Source: Podarcis gaigeae (taxonomy: Eukaryota). From it: a stretch of DNA of 64,000 nucleotides. Below the pieces are notes generated by a model, which had not been told where the DNA came from, did no database searches, and saw only the letters and a list, made by a program, of their open reading frames with translations. Below, piece by piece: positions 22,615 through 33,319 of this stretch (positions within the stretch are counted from its first letter, which is position 1; every line of letters begins with the position of its first letter). The stretch lies in assembly GCA_964106915.2 (NCBI GenBank), contig OZ066918.1. One strand, written 5' to 3'. Both the position numbers and the translations under genes were made by a program.

Positions 22615-23304
22615 GCTAGAAAAAAAGAGCCCTGGTTATAGCATAGTATCGATGTAAGGTTGCAGTGAGGTGTTACAATCCATGCTAAATACACATCAAT
22701 CACAAATTCCAAATAAAAGTTTTTTAAAAAAATAGGATAGACTTTAGGCAAGGCTAGCCGACTATCAGCCAGAGTGAGGCAGCCACCAAAGATAGCTGAT
22801 TTGGGGTGTCACGGAAGGGCAGCAATTTTCTAGTTATTTAATTTATTGTTCTGTTTTCCTGCCAGAGAGGAGAAGAAATGGCTTTTCTGCCTCACCTACC
22901 AAAATGACTTAACAGTGCACCTTTCCTTTGCAGAGAGGTGTGTACAGAGGGATGCTGTCCCAACATTTGCTGCTAGTACAGCTGCATTTTGGTGTATTAT
23001 AGCAACCTGCTTTTAAAAAATGCAGCTTCCAGTTTGGGAAGTGGGGCTTCTCACCAGACTCAACATTTCACAGCTGGCTCCCCTGTCTCTTCCCGAAGGA
23101 GCAGCAAAGAAGCAATGATGGTAAGTGGTAATGGTGTGAAGTCACCTTACCTGGTCTGCCAAGTTCTCTGGCTGCAAGTGCTGGCCTTGCAACACTGGCC
23201 TTCTCAACACACCTCCGTGATTGTGGACTACATTGTAAAGCCATTCTGTGGGCAGAGGCGCATTTAGGGGAGCGAGGCCGGTTTGCCCACACTGGGTGCC
23301 AAGG

Positions 23305-24081
23305 CAAGAAGAAGAAGAGTTTGGATTTGATATCCCACTTTATCACCATAGGCGCCGACTCCATGGGGCCTGAGGGGGCCCGAGCCCCCTCAAAAATTCG
23401 TTTGGGGGGGCTCCGCCCCACCCAATAATTTAAGAAAATTATTAGTTATATTATGCTTTGTAAAATCACAAAATTATGTTGGTATTTTTTATTTTCCTTG
23501 TTTGACGATAGTTACCTTTTAAAATACATTCAGTAATGAGTTAAAACAAAGCCACTCCCGATCTAGAGAGGGGGTGGGGTTGCGGGCTCTCGACCCATCA
23601 ACAATCTCGCGGGGCTGGTGTCAGCCCCGCGAGAAGCGGGGATTCCCCCTAGCTCATTAATATTCACCGCCCACGGCGGCAGCCAATCGGCTGCCGCAAA
23701 GGGCGGGCCCTCACAGGTTCACTTAAGGTCGGGGCAGCCCGGGGCTCGCCCCTTTCGTTCCCCCAGCAGCAGCGGTTTGGAGGTCTTGGGCCCCCCCAAT
23801 ATTTTTTATAAGTCAGTATAGGCCCCCACCCCCCCAATATTTTTTATAAGTCGGCGCCCCTGTTTATCACTACCCGAAGGAGTCTCAAAGCGGCTAACAT
23901 TCTCCTTTCCCTACCTCCCCCACAACAAACACTCTGTGAGCTGAGTGGGGCTGAGAGACTTCAGAGAAGTGTGACTGGCCCAAGGTCACCCAGCAGCTGC
24001 ATGTGGAGGAGCGGAGACGCGAACCTGGTTCACCAGATTATGAGTCTACCGCACCTAACCACTACACCACGCCACACTGGC
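23305..24081 (-). mobile_element. Squam3-like SINE interrupted by a hAT MITE
   Basis: Removing 23347-23870 restores a copy collinear with 12.5 and 55.8 kb. Confidence 0.9.
23347..23862. mobile_element. hAT-superfamily MITE (516 bp) with CpG-rich core
   Basis: 14-bp TIRs CATAGGCGCCGACT / AGTCGGCGCCCCTG; exact 8-bp TSD TTTATCAC at 23339-23346 and 23863-23870. Confidence 0.93.
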
Positions 24082-24412
24082 AAGAGGGTACTGCCGGGAG
24101 GGTGCCACAACACTGACTTACAAAAGAAGGCCAGAGGTGGGAGGGAGCACCAAATTTTGGCTTCACACTGGGTGCCGCTGAAATTTGAAAGCCCAAAGTC
24201 CCCCACTGCTGGGAGTCCCAGGTCACTGTAGGTATTCTTACCAGCTGTTTTATGTCCTATTGTTGTCTGAGTTAGAGCAGTGTGGAAATTCCTCAGAAAT
24301 ATGCCTTCCCAAGTGTTTTCTTTTTCTCACCACCACCACTCTGAAGGAAAAATCCACTTCCAGAACTTTCTCTGAATATTCGCCACTATTTCTTTTGGGG
24401 CAGCTGTCATTT

Positions 24413-24415
<3 letters not shown>

Positions 24416-24453
<38 letters not shown>
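24416..24453. repeat. (CA)n microsatellite
   Basis: Direct reading. Confidence 0.97.
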
Positions 24454-24456
<3 letters not shown>

Positions 24457-25702
24457 CTTAGAATGACATTAGGTTCAGGGTTTTGTTGGGGATACAAAAT
24501 GGTGGCTGGGCTGCCAGCATAACCTAAGGGGCCTTTTGCAGAAGCAGCAAAACAAAGCTTTTAAGGGAGAGATGGCAAGGGGAAGCTGTGTTCTTGCCAC
24601 TCCTCAGTGGTGAGCCCCACCCCTGAGAAATTCTTAGAGAATTTCTCCTCCTTCTGGAGAAATTGTTGAAATGTCTCCCTTCCACGCTATTTTTCTGCCC
24701 ACAAGATAATGTTGACAGGCCATTTGTGCCACATTCTATCCAGGATTCTTTGCTACTGCTGTTCAGTGTTCCAGTATGTTTCAGCGGGTATTAGTTACAA
24801 CTCACAGCCATGTTCTGCTGGTAGCTTTGAGAAGATTCATCTTCATAAAGGAAATCATAATTAGAGAGTATCATCTTGGCAAGCAGTACCTATCTGTTCC
24901 TTAGATACCTACCATGTAAAGATGCCTTGGTGGAAGGAAAGATTATAGAAATATAGGTGATTTCATTTGTTAGCAATATTACAAATTTCAGAACAACAAA
25001 GAATTTGCAGTTAGTGTTTCTTTCAAGAGTTTTTTAAGCATACGGCTCAACGCTGGTTTGAACAAAATCAATTAACTGGTTGTTGTTTTTTTGCAGTTAG
25101 CATTCTACTACCTGCTGCATTTATTTCTGATGATTAAGAAGTTCCTGCAGTGAGGTGTGATTCTGTGGATTTGAGCTTTGGGCTTTCAATAAAAGGTATC
25201 TAGAGATATCTCTTTATTCTATTAAGAAAAGCATAATGAAGTAGAATCTTTAGATCATAGTGTGGGGCAAACCTAGCAGGGGGTAAGTGTTTTCTGCCTT
25301 CCTCTGAAGGAGGAAGATAGGTACTGCCTCTTAGTACGAAGAAAAGTGTGTGTGCCATTCCTGATCACAAATGGAAAAGGCTTTATGTCGAACTATTCAG
25401 TTAAACATTTTAAGAGGGGAGGTGCAGAGGGGTGCCACAATTATCTGTTTTGGTTACATCCGAGACTAATAATTTATGGCTCATCTATATCCGGTGGCTT
25501 GGAATGTGCACCATAATGGCAAAGAGATAAAGAGGATAACAAGAGACCTCTGAATGTGTTGCTATTTTGGGTATTGCTTTTAATTAGTTAACTGGTGGTT
25601 TTCATGTTGAGTAAAGTAGTGATTTAACTGGTGTTTTATCTTAAAATGTAGCAAATGAATTAGTGGGTGATATCCCTGTTGAATTACTACTCAAGTAAAT
25701 GA

Positions 25703-25826
25703 GGAATGGGGAATCTGTGGCCCTCCAGTGGTTGTTGGACTACAACTCCCATTGTCCCTCACATTCGACCATGCTGGCTGGGGTTGATGGGAATTGGAGG
25801 CCAACACAATCTGGTTTCTCTCTCCC
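25703..25826. mobile_element. Older palindromic hAT-type MITE
   Basis: CCCTCCAG...GGACTACAACTCCCAT...ATGGGAATTGGAGGCC...CTGG fold-back architecture, same family type as 25861. Confidence 0.7.
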
Positions 25827-25860
25827 TAAACTAAATGTTGAACTAACCAATCAACTAAGC

Positions 25861-25996
25861 CAGGCTTCCTCAAACTCGGCCCTCCAGATGTTTTGAGACT
25901 ACAATTCCCATCATCCCTGACCACTGGTCCTGCTAGCTAGGGATCATGGGTGTTGTAGGCCAAAAATATCTGGAGGGCTGAGTTTGAGGAAGCCTG
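25861..25996. mobile_element. Young 136-bp palindromic hAT MITE
   Basis: TIR CAGGCTTCCTCAAACTC / GAGTTTGAGGAAGCCTG; 8-bp TSD AACTAAGC / AACTAATC. Confidence 0.93.
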
Positions 25997-27309
25997 AACT
26001 AATCTGTGGAAAGAGACAAGGATATCCACTGTCTGCATTGGCAATGGGACACTTTGTCACTGAGGTTCAAAATAACCTAATACTAAAGGTGTTGTGATAA
26101 ACCATACTGAACTGAAGAGGCCAATTTGTGGGCACCACTGTCTTTAATAGGCATATAATCACCTGAGTCATTGCTGCATGAGTCCGTGGTGGTTATCAGA
26201 CTCCAAGATTCCTCATTCTCCTTCCCCCATCCTCACTCCAGCACACCAGAGGAGTGTCATTTTTTGATCTGATTTATTTAATTATTAAGGACAGAAAAAA
26301 TGCCTTACTTGATCTGATCAAGCATGCTTCTTTCAAAGAAGCAACCTCAGAGATGCTTATAGAAGATCACAAGCCGGGCACAAAAAGGATAGCGCAGCAA
26401 AAATCGTAGCATATTTAAAGGACAACTTTCAGCCAAATGCAATTGCCTACCCAAGGAGATCACTGAGAGAGGCCCTTCTCCATGTTCTGCCACTGTCAGA
26501 GGTTCAGCTGTGTGTGGTCTTTAATGGCCCCCAGGCTTTGAAATGCCCTTCTCCACCAGAACAGCCATCCACCCCCCACTTTGCCAGCATTTTAACAATA
26601 ACTACCAGTGATGCTAATGCCCATTCAATTCAGCCTTCCTTCTAGAGTGATACATTCCTTAAAATGGATGGCTGCGGATGGTGACTGAAATGTATTTTCA
26701 GTAATCTCAAGCAGAAATGGCATAAAATAAGGCAAATATGCACTGCAGCTTGGCACACTGGGACTCTGTCTCCTTGTTCTATTCATTGATATTCGTATCA
26801 GCAACACCAGACTGTCATTTAACCAAAGGAGCTCATCTATCAAACCCAAGATTGCTATTTTTTTAGTGGCTAATACAGATGGCCAAATCAAATACCATTA
26901 GGAAATAAGGACCTTAATGGTATATGTGTTATACAACATGCCATAGAGCAGGTTCCTGGTCAAAGTAATGCTCTGCTGTAGTGTCAAGAACATCTGCTGC
27001 ACTAAAACACTCCTCTTTGGCTAAGTAGTGCAAAATCTAAAGATGGCAACTTTTCCAGTATTTCAAGAATACTGCTCAGGACTAGCTCCAGGGTTGAGGG
27101 GGTCTCACAAAGTGCTGTCTGAGGTGCCACTTTCAATCTCACACACCCCAACTTCAGACTTACTTGACAGAAGCAGTAGGTGGTTTATGAAACCATCACT
27201 TTAAATCGTCCACAGTGCCATGGGTGCACCAAAGCACTGTGGGAAATGTTGCTGTTTGATCCGTCTTTTCTCAGACCAGCAAAATCTGACTAGAAAACTT
27301 AACTTAGCT

Positions 27310-27628
27310 CAGCCCGGACACTGAGGTCCTCCTCCGGGGGTCTTCTGCTGCTTCCCTCATTGTGAGAAGTAACATTATGGGAAACCAGGCAGAAGGTCTT
27401 GTCAGTAGTGGCGCCCTCCCTGTGGAACGCCCTCCCTTCAGATGTGAAGGACATAAAGAACTACATAACTTTTAGAAGATATCTGAAGGCAGCCCTGTAT
27501 CGGGAAGTTTTAATGTTTGATATTTTACTATGCTTTATATATGCTGTAAGCCTCCCAGGGTAGCTGGGGAAACCCAGCCAGATAGGCAGGGTATAAACAA
27601 TAAAAATATCATCATCATCATTATCATC
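27310..27628 (+). mobile_element. L2 LINE 3' end
   Basis: Collinear with 15575-15912; (CAT)n tail. Confidence 0.88.
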
Positions 27629-28607
27629 CCGCATTCGCGTCATATTTAAACCATGCATGTACCTATGAGATAGCCACTGCACATACACAGATGATAGCTT
27701 CACAACTTGGAGCTTTGCAGGGTGGTACAGAGGTGAGGAAACATGTTTGTGAAGTGAATACATCCTCGCTGCCTCTCTGATGTGTACATCACAGTGCAAG
27801 TGCAACTTGAAACTCAGTGGTGGGAAATGGCTTTGCTGTGCTTAATTAATGTGTACATACCCCCAGTCTACAGATCTATAAACCTTTCTGCAAGCTGGTT
27901 CACCCACTGTACCTGGGACTGGAACTCAGGGCTTGCAGTACAATGTGGAGGCAGAAACTTTATTGCACGTACAGTGGCCCTTTTTGAACAGAATTGTGTA
28001 GAATGCAATGTGTGGTTGCTTCCTGCATCCTTTTATAATGCATTTTATTTAGTGCTGTGGTGGTATGCCATGCTTTGAAGAAGCTTTGCACTGCAATAAC
28101 AAGAAAAAGAGAGCTCACCTTGTAAGTCAGAGGAGAAACCACATTGGAATCTAGCAGGCCATTGATGGAGCTTGGCAAACTTAAATGGGTCATCCCTGGT
28201 GGAGTTTGTTTTCTTGCTTTTCAGACCCTGCTCCCCCATGCAGATTACCTAACCAGTTAATTGGAACAATAAAATAGTGACAAATTGGCAACTCTAAGAA
28301 TGACTGCATTTTCAGTTGTGCTGCAGGGAAAGTGGTAAAAGCATTGTAACCAGCCTACAAAAAGGGATGACTATGTTCTCTTTATCGCAAGTGACTTCGG
28401 GAAAGCATGGGTGCCTTCTCTAAATCATATCCCGTTGTTGCACTACTTGTATAATGCTTTATGAGTGCAAGCAGGAGTACGAGTGTTCCATATGCATCAT
28501 TATTATATACTTGGCATTACTACAAAAAGAGATCCAAGGGACGCACATTGAACCAGCCTTCCGATTGTGTCCCTCATAATTTAATGTTTGGCGTTTTATT
28601 ATATTGG

Positions 28608-28815
28608 AATAATAATAATAATAATAATAATAGCATATATGTTGTTACACTTATACCTCACTTTTTCTCAAATGAGGACACTTCTCCCCTCTCCATTTTA
28701 TCATCACAAATAGCTTTGGCTGTGAGGTAGCTTTGGCTGAGAGAAGGTGATTGGCCCAAGCTCACTTGCTAGGCTTCATGGCTAAATGGGGATTTGAACC
28801 CTAATGTCCCAGGTT
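28608..28815 (-). mobile_element. Old CORE-SINE (MIR-like) with (AAT)n tail
   Basis: CCATTTTATC.TCACAA...GTGAGGTAG...GCCCAAG.TCAC...GGGATTTGAACCC. Confidence 0.65.
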
Positions 28816-28854
28816 TCCATAAGAGAAAACACTTGACCATTTGGTTATGTGTGT

Positions 28855-28901
28855 GAGGGAGGGAGGGAGGGAGGGAGGGAGGGAGGGAGGGAGGGAGGGA
28901 G
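28855..28901 (+). repeat. (GGGA)n purine tract, G-quadruplex/triplex-capable
   Basis: Direct reading. Confidence 0.95.
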
Positions 28902-29900
28902 AAATGGAAGCTTAGGCAATAGTTAATTTAAGGAGGCAGGCATATCTTTTCATTCACTACAATAAAATGATGGTTGAACATGTTGCACATATTCTCTCTC
29001 ACAGTTGTTGTCCTCCCTGTGCCAGATGTTATCCGCTTTCATCAGCCAAGCCATCTTCAACCATTTTCTCAACATGAGCCAACCAATTCCCAACTGCCAC
29101 ATGAACACAGCTAGCTTCCATAAAAACAACATTCCAGGGTTACCCCTAGCAACCTAATGGAACTGGGCTTCTTTCTGTGAGCCTCATAAAATTGTTACTG
29201 ATCAGGTTCGTGCACACCACTACCAATCCAAATTATAGCATTAATGGAAGCCTGTTGGAAAGGGCATTAGTTTGATGCAGTACATTAGCTGGTATGTAAT
29301 GGATGGAAAAATAGGGGATGGGTCAAGAACTATCATAAAACACTGTGTACCAGTGTTTTAGGGATTAAACTGAGACCTAGGAAGATGCTTCATTCGGATT
29401 TTTCCTCTACTATGAAACTCATGAGACAGCCTCAGACAAAACCAACATTCTTTCCCCAGTAACCACTCAACACTTGCCTACCTCACAGGGGTTGTTTTAT
29501 TTTAGTTTGTTTATAATATGCCTTTCAAAATAATCCCTCCCAAGGCAGCATACAACAAAAATATTGAATTAATGTGTTTAATTGAAGTCATCACTAAAAA
29601 TGTATGCAGTGTACAGCAAAGTGGAAGATCCCCAGTTCTCCTTGACCCACTTCTAGGATCTTGAAGTAGAGCAAAGCAGCAGAAGCCATAGACTGTAAGT
29701 AGCAAGGTTCAGTATGTATTTACTGATTTAACCCACAGTGTATTCAGCCTACACACGATGGACCTGATTCAATGAATGAAACCTGCTAGCAGAAGCCAAT
29801 GCAAAGTCTACCATTAACCAATGGGCTTTCCAGCCCTCTCTTCCTTTGTGTGCCCCCTGCACCTGTCCAACTGGCTTGGCAGCAAACCCCAGAATAGCAC

Positions 29901-29941
29901 GGGGGAGGGGAGAGGGGAGAGGGGAGAGGGGAGAGGGGAGA
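29901..29941 (+). repeat. (GGGGAGA)n purine tract
   Basis: Direct reading. Confidence 0.9.
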
Positions 29942-30520
29942 TCATTCCATCTGGCAAGCTGAAATGCTTGTACTGATGGAACGATCTCCTTAGCGCTATG
30001 CTGATTTCCTCAAAATACCTTTAAAGCACATCTGAAGCACATTCTCTTCCTGAAAGAATTCTGGGCACTGTAGTTTATTAATGGTTGTTTGGAATTGCAA
30101 CTCTATTATGTGTACCTGACAGTGCCCAGATTTTTTTGCATTTCTCTCTTGATTAGGGATTTAAAAGAAATAGCTTTATAAGTTGTGTGTCTTTCCCAAT
30201 TTGATTCTCTTACATGGGTTTTGCATGTATTGTGGTATTTTATGCATTGTGACTCGCAGGGTCCCCCCCCATCATAATTTGGTCATTATTTATTGTAATT
30301 GTTAAGAGTAAATTTCTGTTTAATTATCATTTGCTGATGTTTTGAGAGTTAATTTTATTCTGTGCTATTATATCCTAATCGATTACTGAATATTACTATA
30401 TTTGATACAAGCTGTTCCATTTTAAAGTTATGTTTTACTACAACTTTTTGTATTGTGTTAGATTATTGTAAGGTGTGTGTCATTTGCTGTATATTTTGTT
30501 GCTGCCAACCACCTTGTGTA

Positions 30521-30817
30521 TGTTGTTGTTTAGTCATTTAGTCAGGTCTGACTCTTCGTGACTCCATGGACCAGAGCACGCCAGGCACTCCTGTCTTCCA
30601 CTGCCTCCCGCAGCTTGGTCAAACTCATGTTCGTAGCTTCGAGAACACTGTCCAACCATCTCGTCCTCTGTCATCCCCTTCTCCTTGTTCCCTCAATCTT
30701 TCCCAACAACAGGGTCTTTTCCAGGGAGTCTTCTCTTCTCCTGAGGTGGCCAAATTATTGGCGCCTCAGCTTCAGGATCTGTCCTTCCAGTGAGCACTCA
30801 GGGCTGATTTCCTTAAG
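30521..30817 (-). mobile_element. BovB LINE 3' fragment
   Basis: (TTG)n tail and sequence collinear with the other BovB copies (KEISPECSLEGQILKLR on the minus strand). Confidence 0.93.
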
Positions 30818-32164
30818 GCGGTATACAAATTAAAAGTGAAATGAAATGTGCACACACAGCCTAATAAGTGGCAGTCATGCCACACGAAGGGGAATCCACA
30901 TTGAAAGAGACTGTGGGAACTGAGAGCTCTCTCTCTCCGCAGGCGTATGTATCATGTGCACTGATTATGAGACAAAGGTATAACAGCGACATGGCTGAGT
31001 GGGCTTCATTTGTCTAGCTCTCCAAAGCAACATAAATAGGCCCCAGCTGGTCATCCAATTTTGTGTGAGTAAATATATTAGCAATGTAATTGTGGCACAG
31101 CTGAGTAAATCAGTGATATTTGCATGCCAGCACAGGTGAGACCCAATCTTTATCACTGCCTGCTCATATATCCCCTCAATCTCGTTTCATCAGCTCGTAA
31201 GTAGCCCTTATCCAGTAGTCTCTAGTGAGCACTGACAGATGCACAAAATCAAGATAAAGGGGGCCAAGTTCAAAGGAAGCTTTCTCCAAAATGTCTCACC
31301 ATGGTGGGAAAAGGAAAGGGGGTTCTCCTCTCAAATTCTACCTTGGCAAATGAGAGCCTGGCAGTCGCTTAGGCAGTTCCTCATCAATCCTTTCTCTTCG
31401 CTCCTTTATCCACTTCCTTCTACAAACTTCTTTGGCCATAAGAAAAGGAGCTGCATATTTGACCCCGTCTTAGCAACCTTTTAGAAAATCATATTCAAAC
31501 AACTTTTCCCCAAAGGAAATGGAACTGTTGTTTTATTTCCAAATGCTACAAAACAGCCCAAAGACCGTAATTGCTACTTCAAGCTGACAGTTATTTTCAG
31601 AAGAAGCATGCCCCTAATCCTACTGATGGTTTGCAGGTCACAAATAACATACAGCTGTCAAATTCCTATTGAGATAAACATGCAAACACTTATTTAACTA
31701 CTTTATGACTCTGAGTCTCTCCCTAACTCCCCCCCTTTTTTTTTTACCAACCATAGATATTTCATCTACATAATATCTTTTGAAATTAGGGCAAGAAATG
31801 GAGATTTCACATACCAGAATGAATGTTTATTCTTCAAAAGGAAGACCTCTGCCCTGTTGTTATCCTTCCATGATTTTTGTAGCGTTGCTGCATCAGAAGA
31901 ACGTGAGGGATGGAAGGATGGATGGACGGATGGATGGAGAAGGGCAGCAGGACAGTGAGGTGGAATCAGGATGAGTGAGAGGATCAGGATGAGTTGGTTG
32001 AAAGGACCAGAAAGGAAAGGGCTGGTGACCAAAAGAGCTTGCTGTGTCAGTTGATTAGGTAGGACATTATCACTCCTTCTTTACTGAGTGTCTGCATACT
32101 TCTGTTTGTTAAGTTCCATAAATATACACAACAGTTGGTTCAATTAGTGTTCAGTATGTGCTGA

Positions 32165-32935
32165 TTCAGGACTGCAAAGCTTGAGGGAGTCACACTCTGG
32201 TTTCTGCATCACATAGGCAAAGTGAAGGACAACCAGGCACTATCTATTGGCTTCTGACTGACCTGCAATGTGGGTCTAATGCCACTGGACGACACTGAAA
32301 AGTTCTTGTAAACCTTCTCCTTCTGTGGCAATCACTCGTAGCTGAGTAAGATTGTCTTCCATAAACACAGTTTTAACAATGAGTCTGGGGACATTGGTTT
32401 CTGGGCAGGAGTTGATCATGGTGTGGATTTGCCAAGCGTGCCTTCCTCTTAGCACATTTCTCCCTTGTGTCCTGAGTTTGAGTGTCTTCAAAGCCCATGA
32501 CACCTTTGGTAAAGGCTGTTCTCCAACTGGAGTGCTCACAGACAGTGTTTCTCAGTTGTCAGTGTTTATGCTACATTTTTTTTAGATTTGCCTTGAGAGA
32601 GTCCTTAAACTTCTTTAGTTGACCACCAGCATTACGCTTTCAATTTTTAAGTTCAGAATAGTTGTTTTGGAAGATGATCATCAGGCATCCGCACATGACC
32701 AGTCCAACAAAGTTGATGTTGAAGAACCATTGCTTCAACACTGGTGATATTTGCTTCTTCCAGTTCACTGGCATTAGTTCGCCTATCTTCCCAAGTGATG
32801 TGTAAAAATTTTTGGAGACACCGCTGATGGAATCTTTCGAGGAGTTGGAGATGACGTTTATAAGTGGTCCATGTTTCACCAGCATATAGTAAGGTTGGTA
32901 GTACAATAGCTTTGTAAACAAGCATTTTGGTAAAC
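32165..32935 (-). mobile_element. Older RTE-clade LINE fragment, distinct from BovB
   Basis: VYKAIVLPTLLYAGETWT...LERFHQRCL..L.I.W.D...N...L...W.GHV.RM.D..LPKQL is a typical RTE ORF C-terminal domain; frameshifted downstream; left boundary approximate. Confidence 0.85.
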
Positions 32936-33077
32936 CACTCCCAGTATGAGCTGCAGTATCCAGTGTCAATTACACGGCAGAGCTGATATGAATCACTATT
33001 CTAGCCGCAGCCCCTCCCAACATACCTTATGGAGAATGAATTGTATTTGGTTTGGAATTTGCATTAGTGGGTATATA

Positions 33078-33319
33078 CAGTGGTACCTTGGTCCTTGAAC
33101 TTAATCTTTTACAGGAGTCCATTTGACTCCCGAAACAGTTTGAAAGCTAAGGCGCAGCTTCCGATTAGCTGTAGGAGCTTCCTGCACTCAAGCAGAAGCC
33201 ATGTTGAACTTTCAGCTTCCGAAAAACATTCGCAAACCGGAAGACTCACTTCTGGGTTTGCGGTGCTTGGGAGCCAATATGTGCAGGAGCCAAGCCATTC
33301 GAGTACCAAGGTACCACTG
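33078..33319. mobile_element. Tigger-like MITE
   Basis: TIR CAGTGGTACCTTGGT / ACCAAGGTACCACTG, TA TSD. Confidence 0.92.

Larger units (their letters stand above)
23253..24208. mobile_element. Outer hAT-like MITE hosting the SINE and inner MITE
   Basis: CAGAGGCGCATTT start and AAGTCCCCCACTG end; CACACTGGGTGCC on both sides of the SINE; no clean TSD. Confidence 0.5.

Noticed and set aside
22454-22751. ORFs spanning the N run
   Set aside because: Artefacts of the assembly gap.
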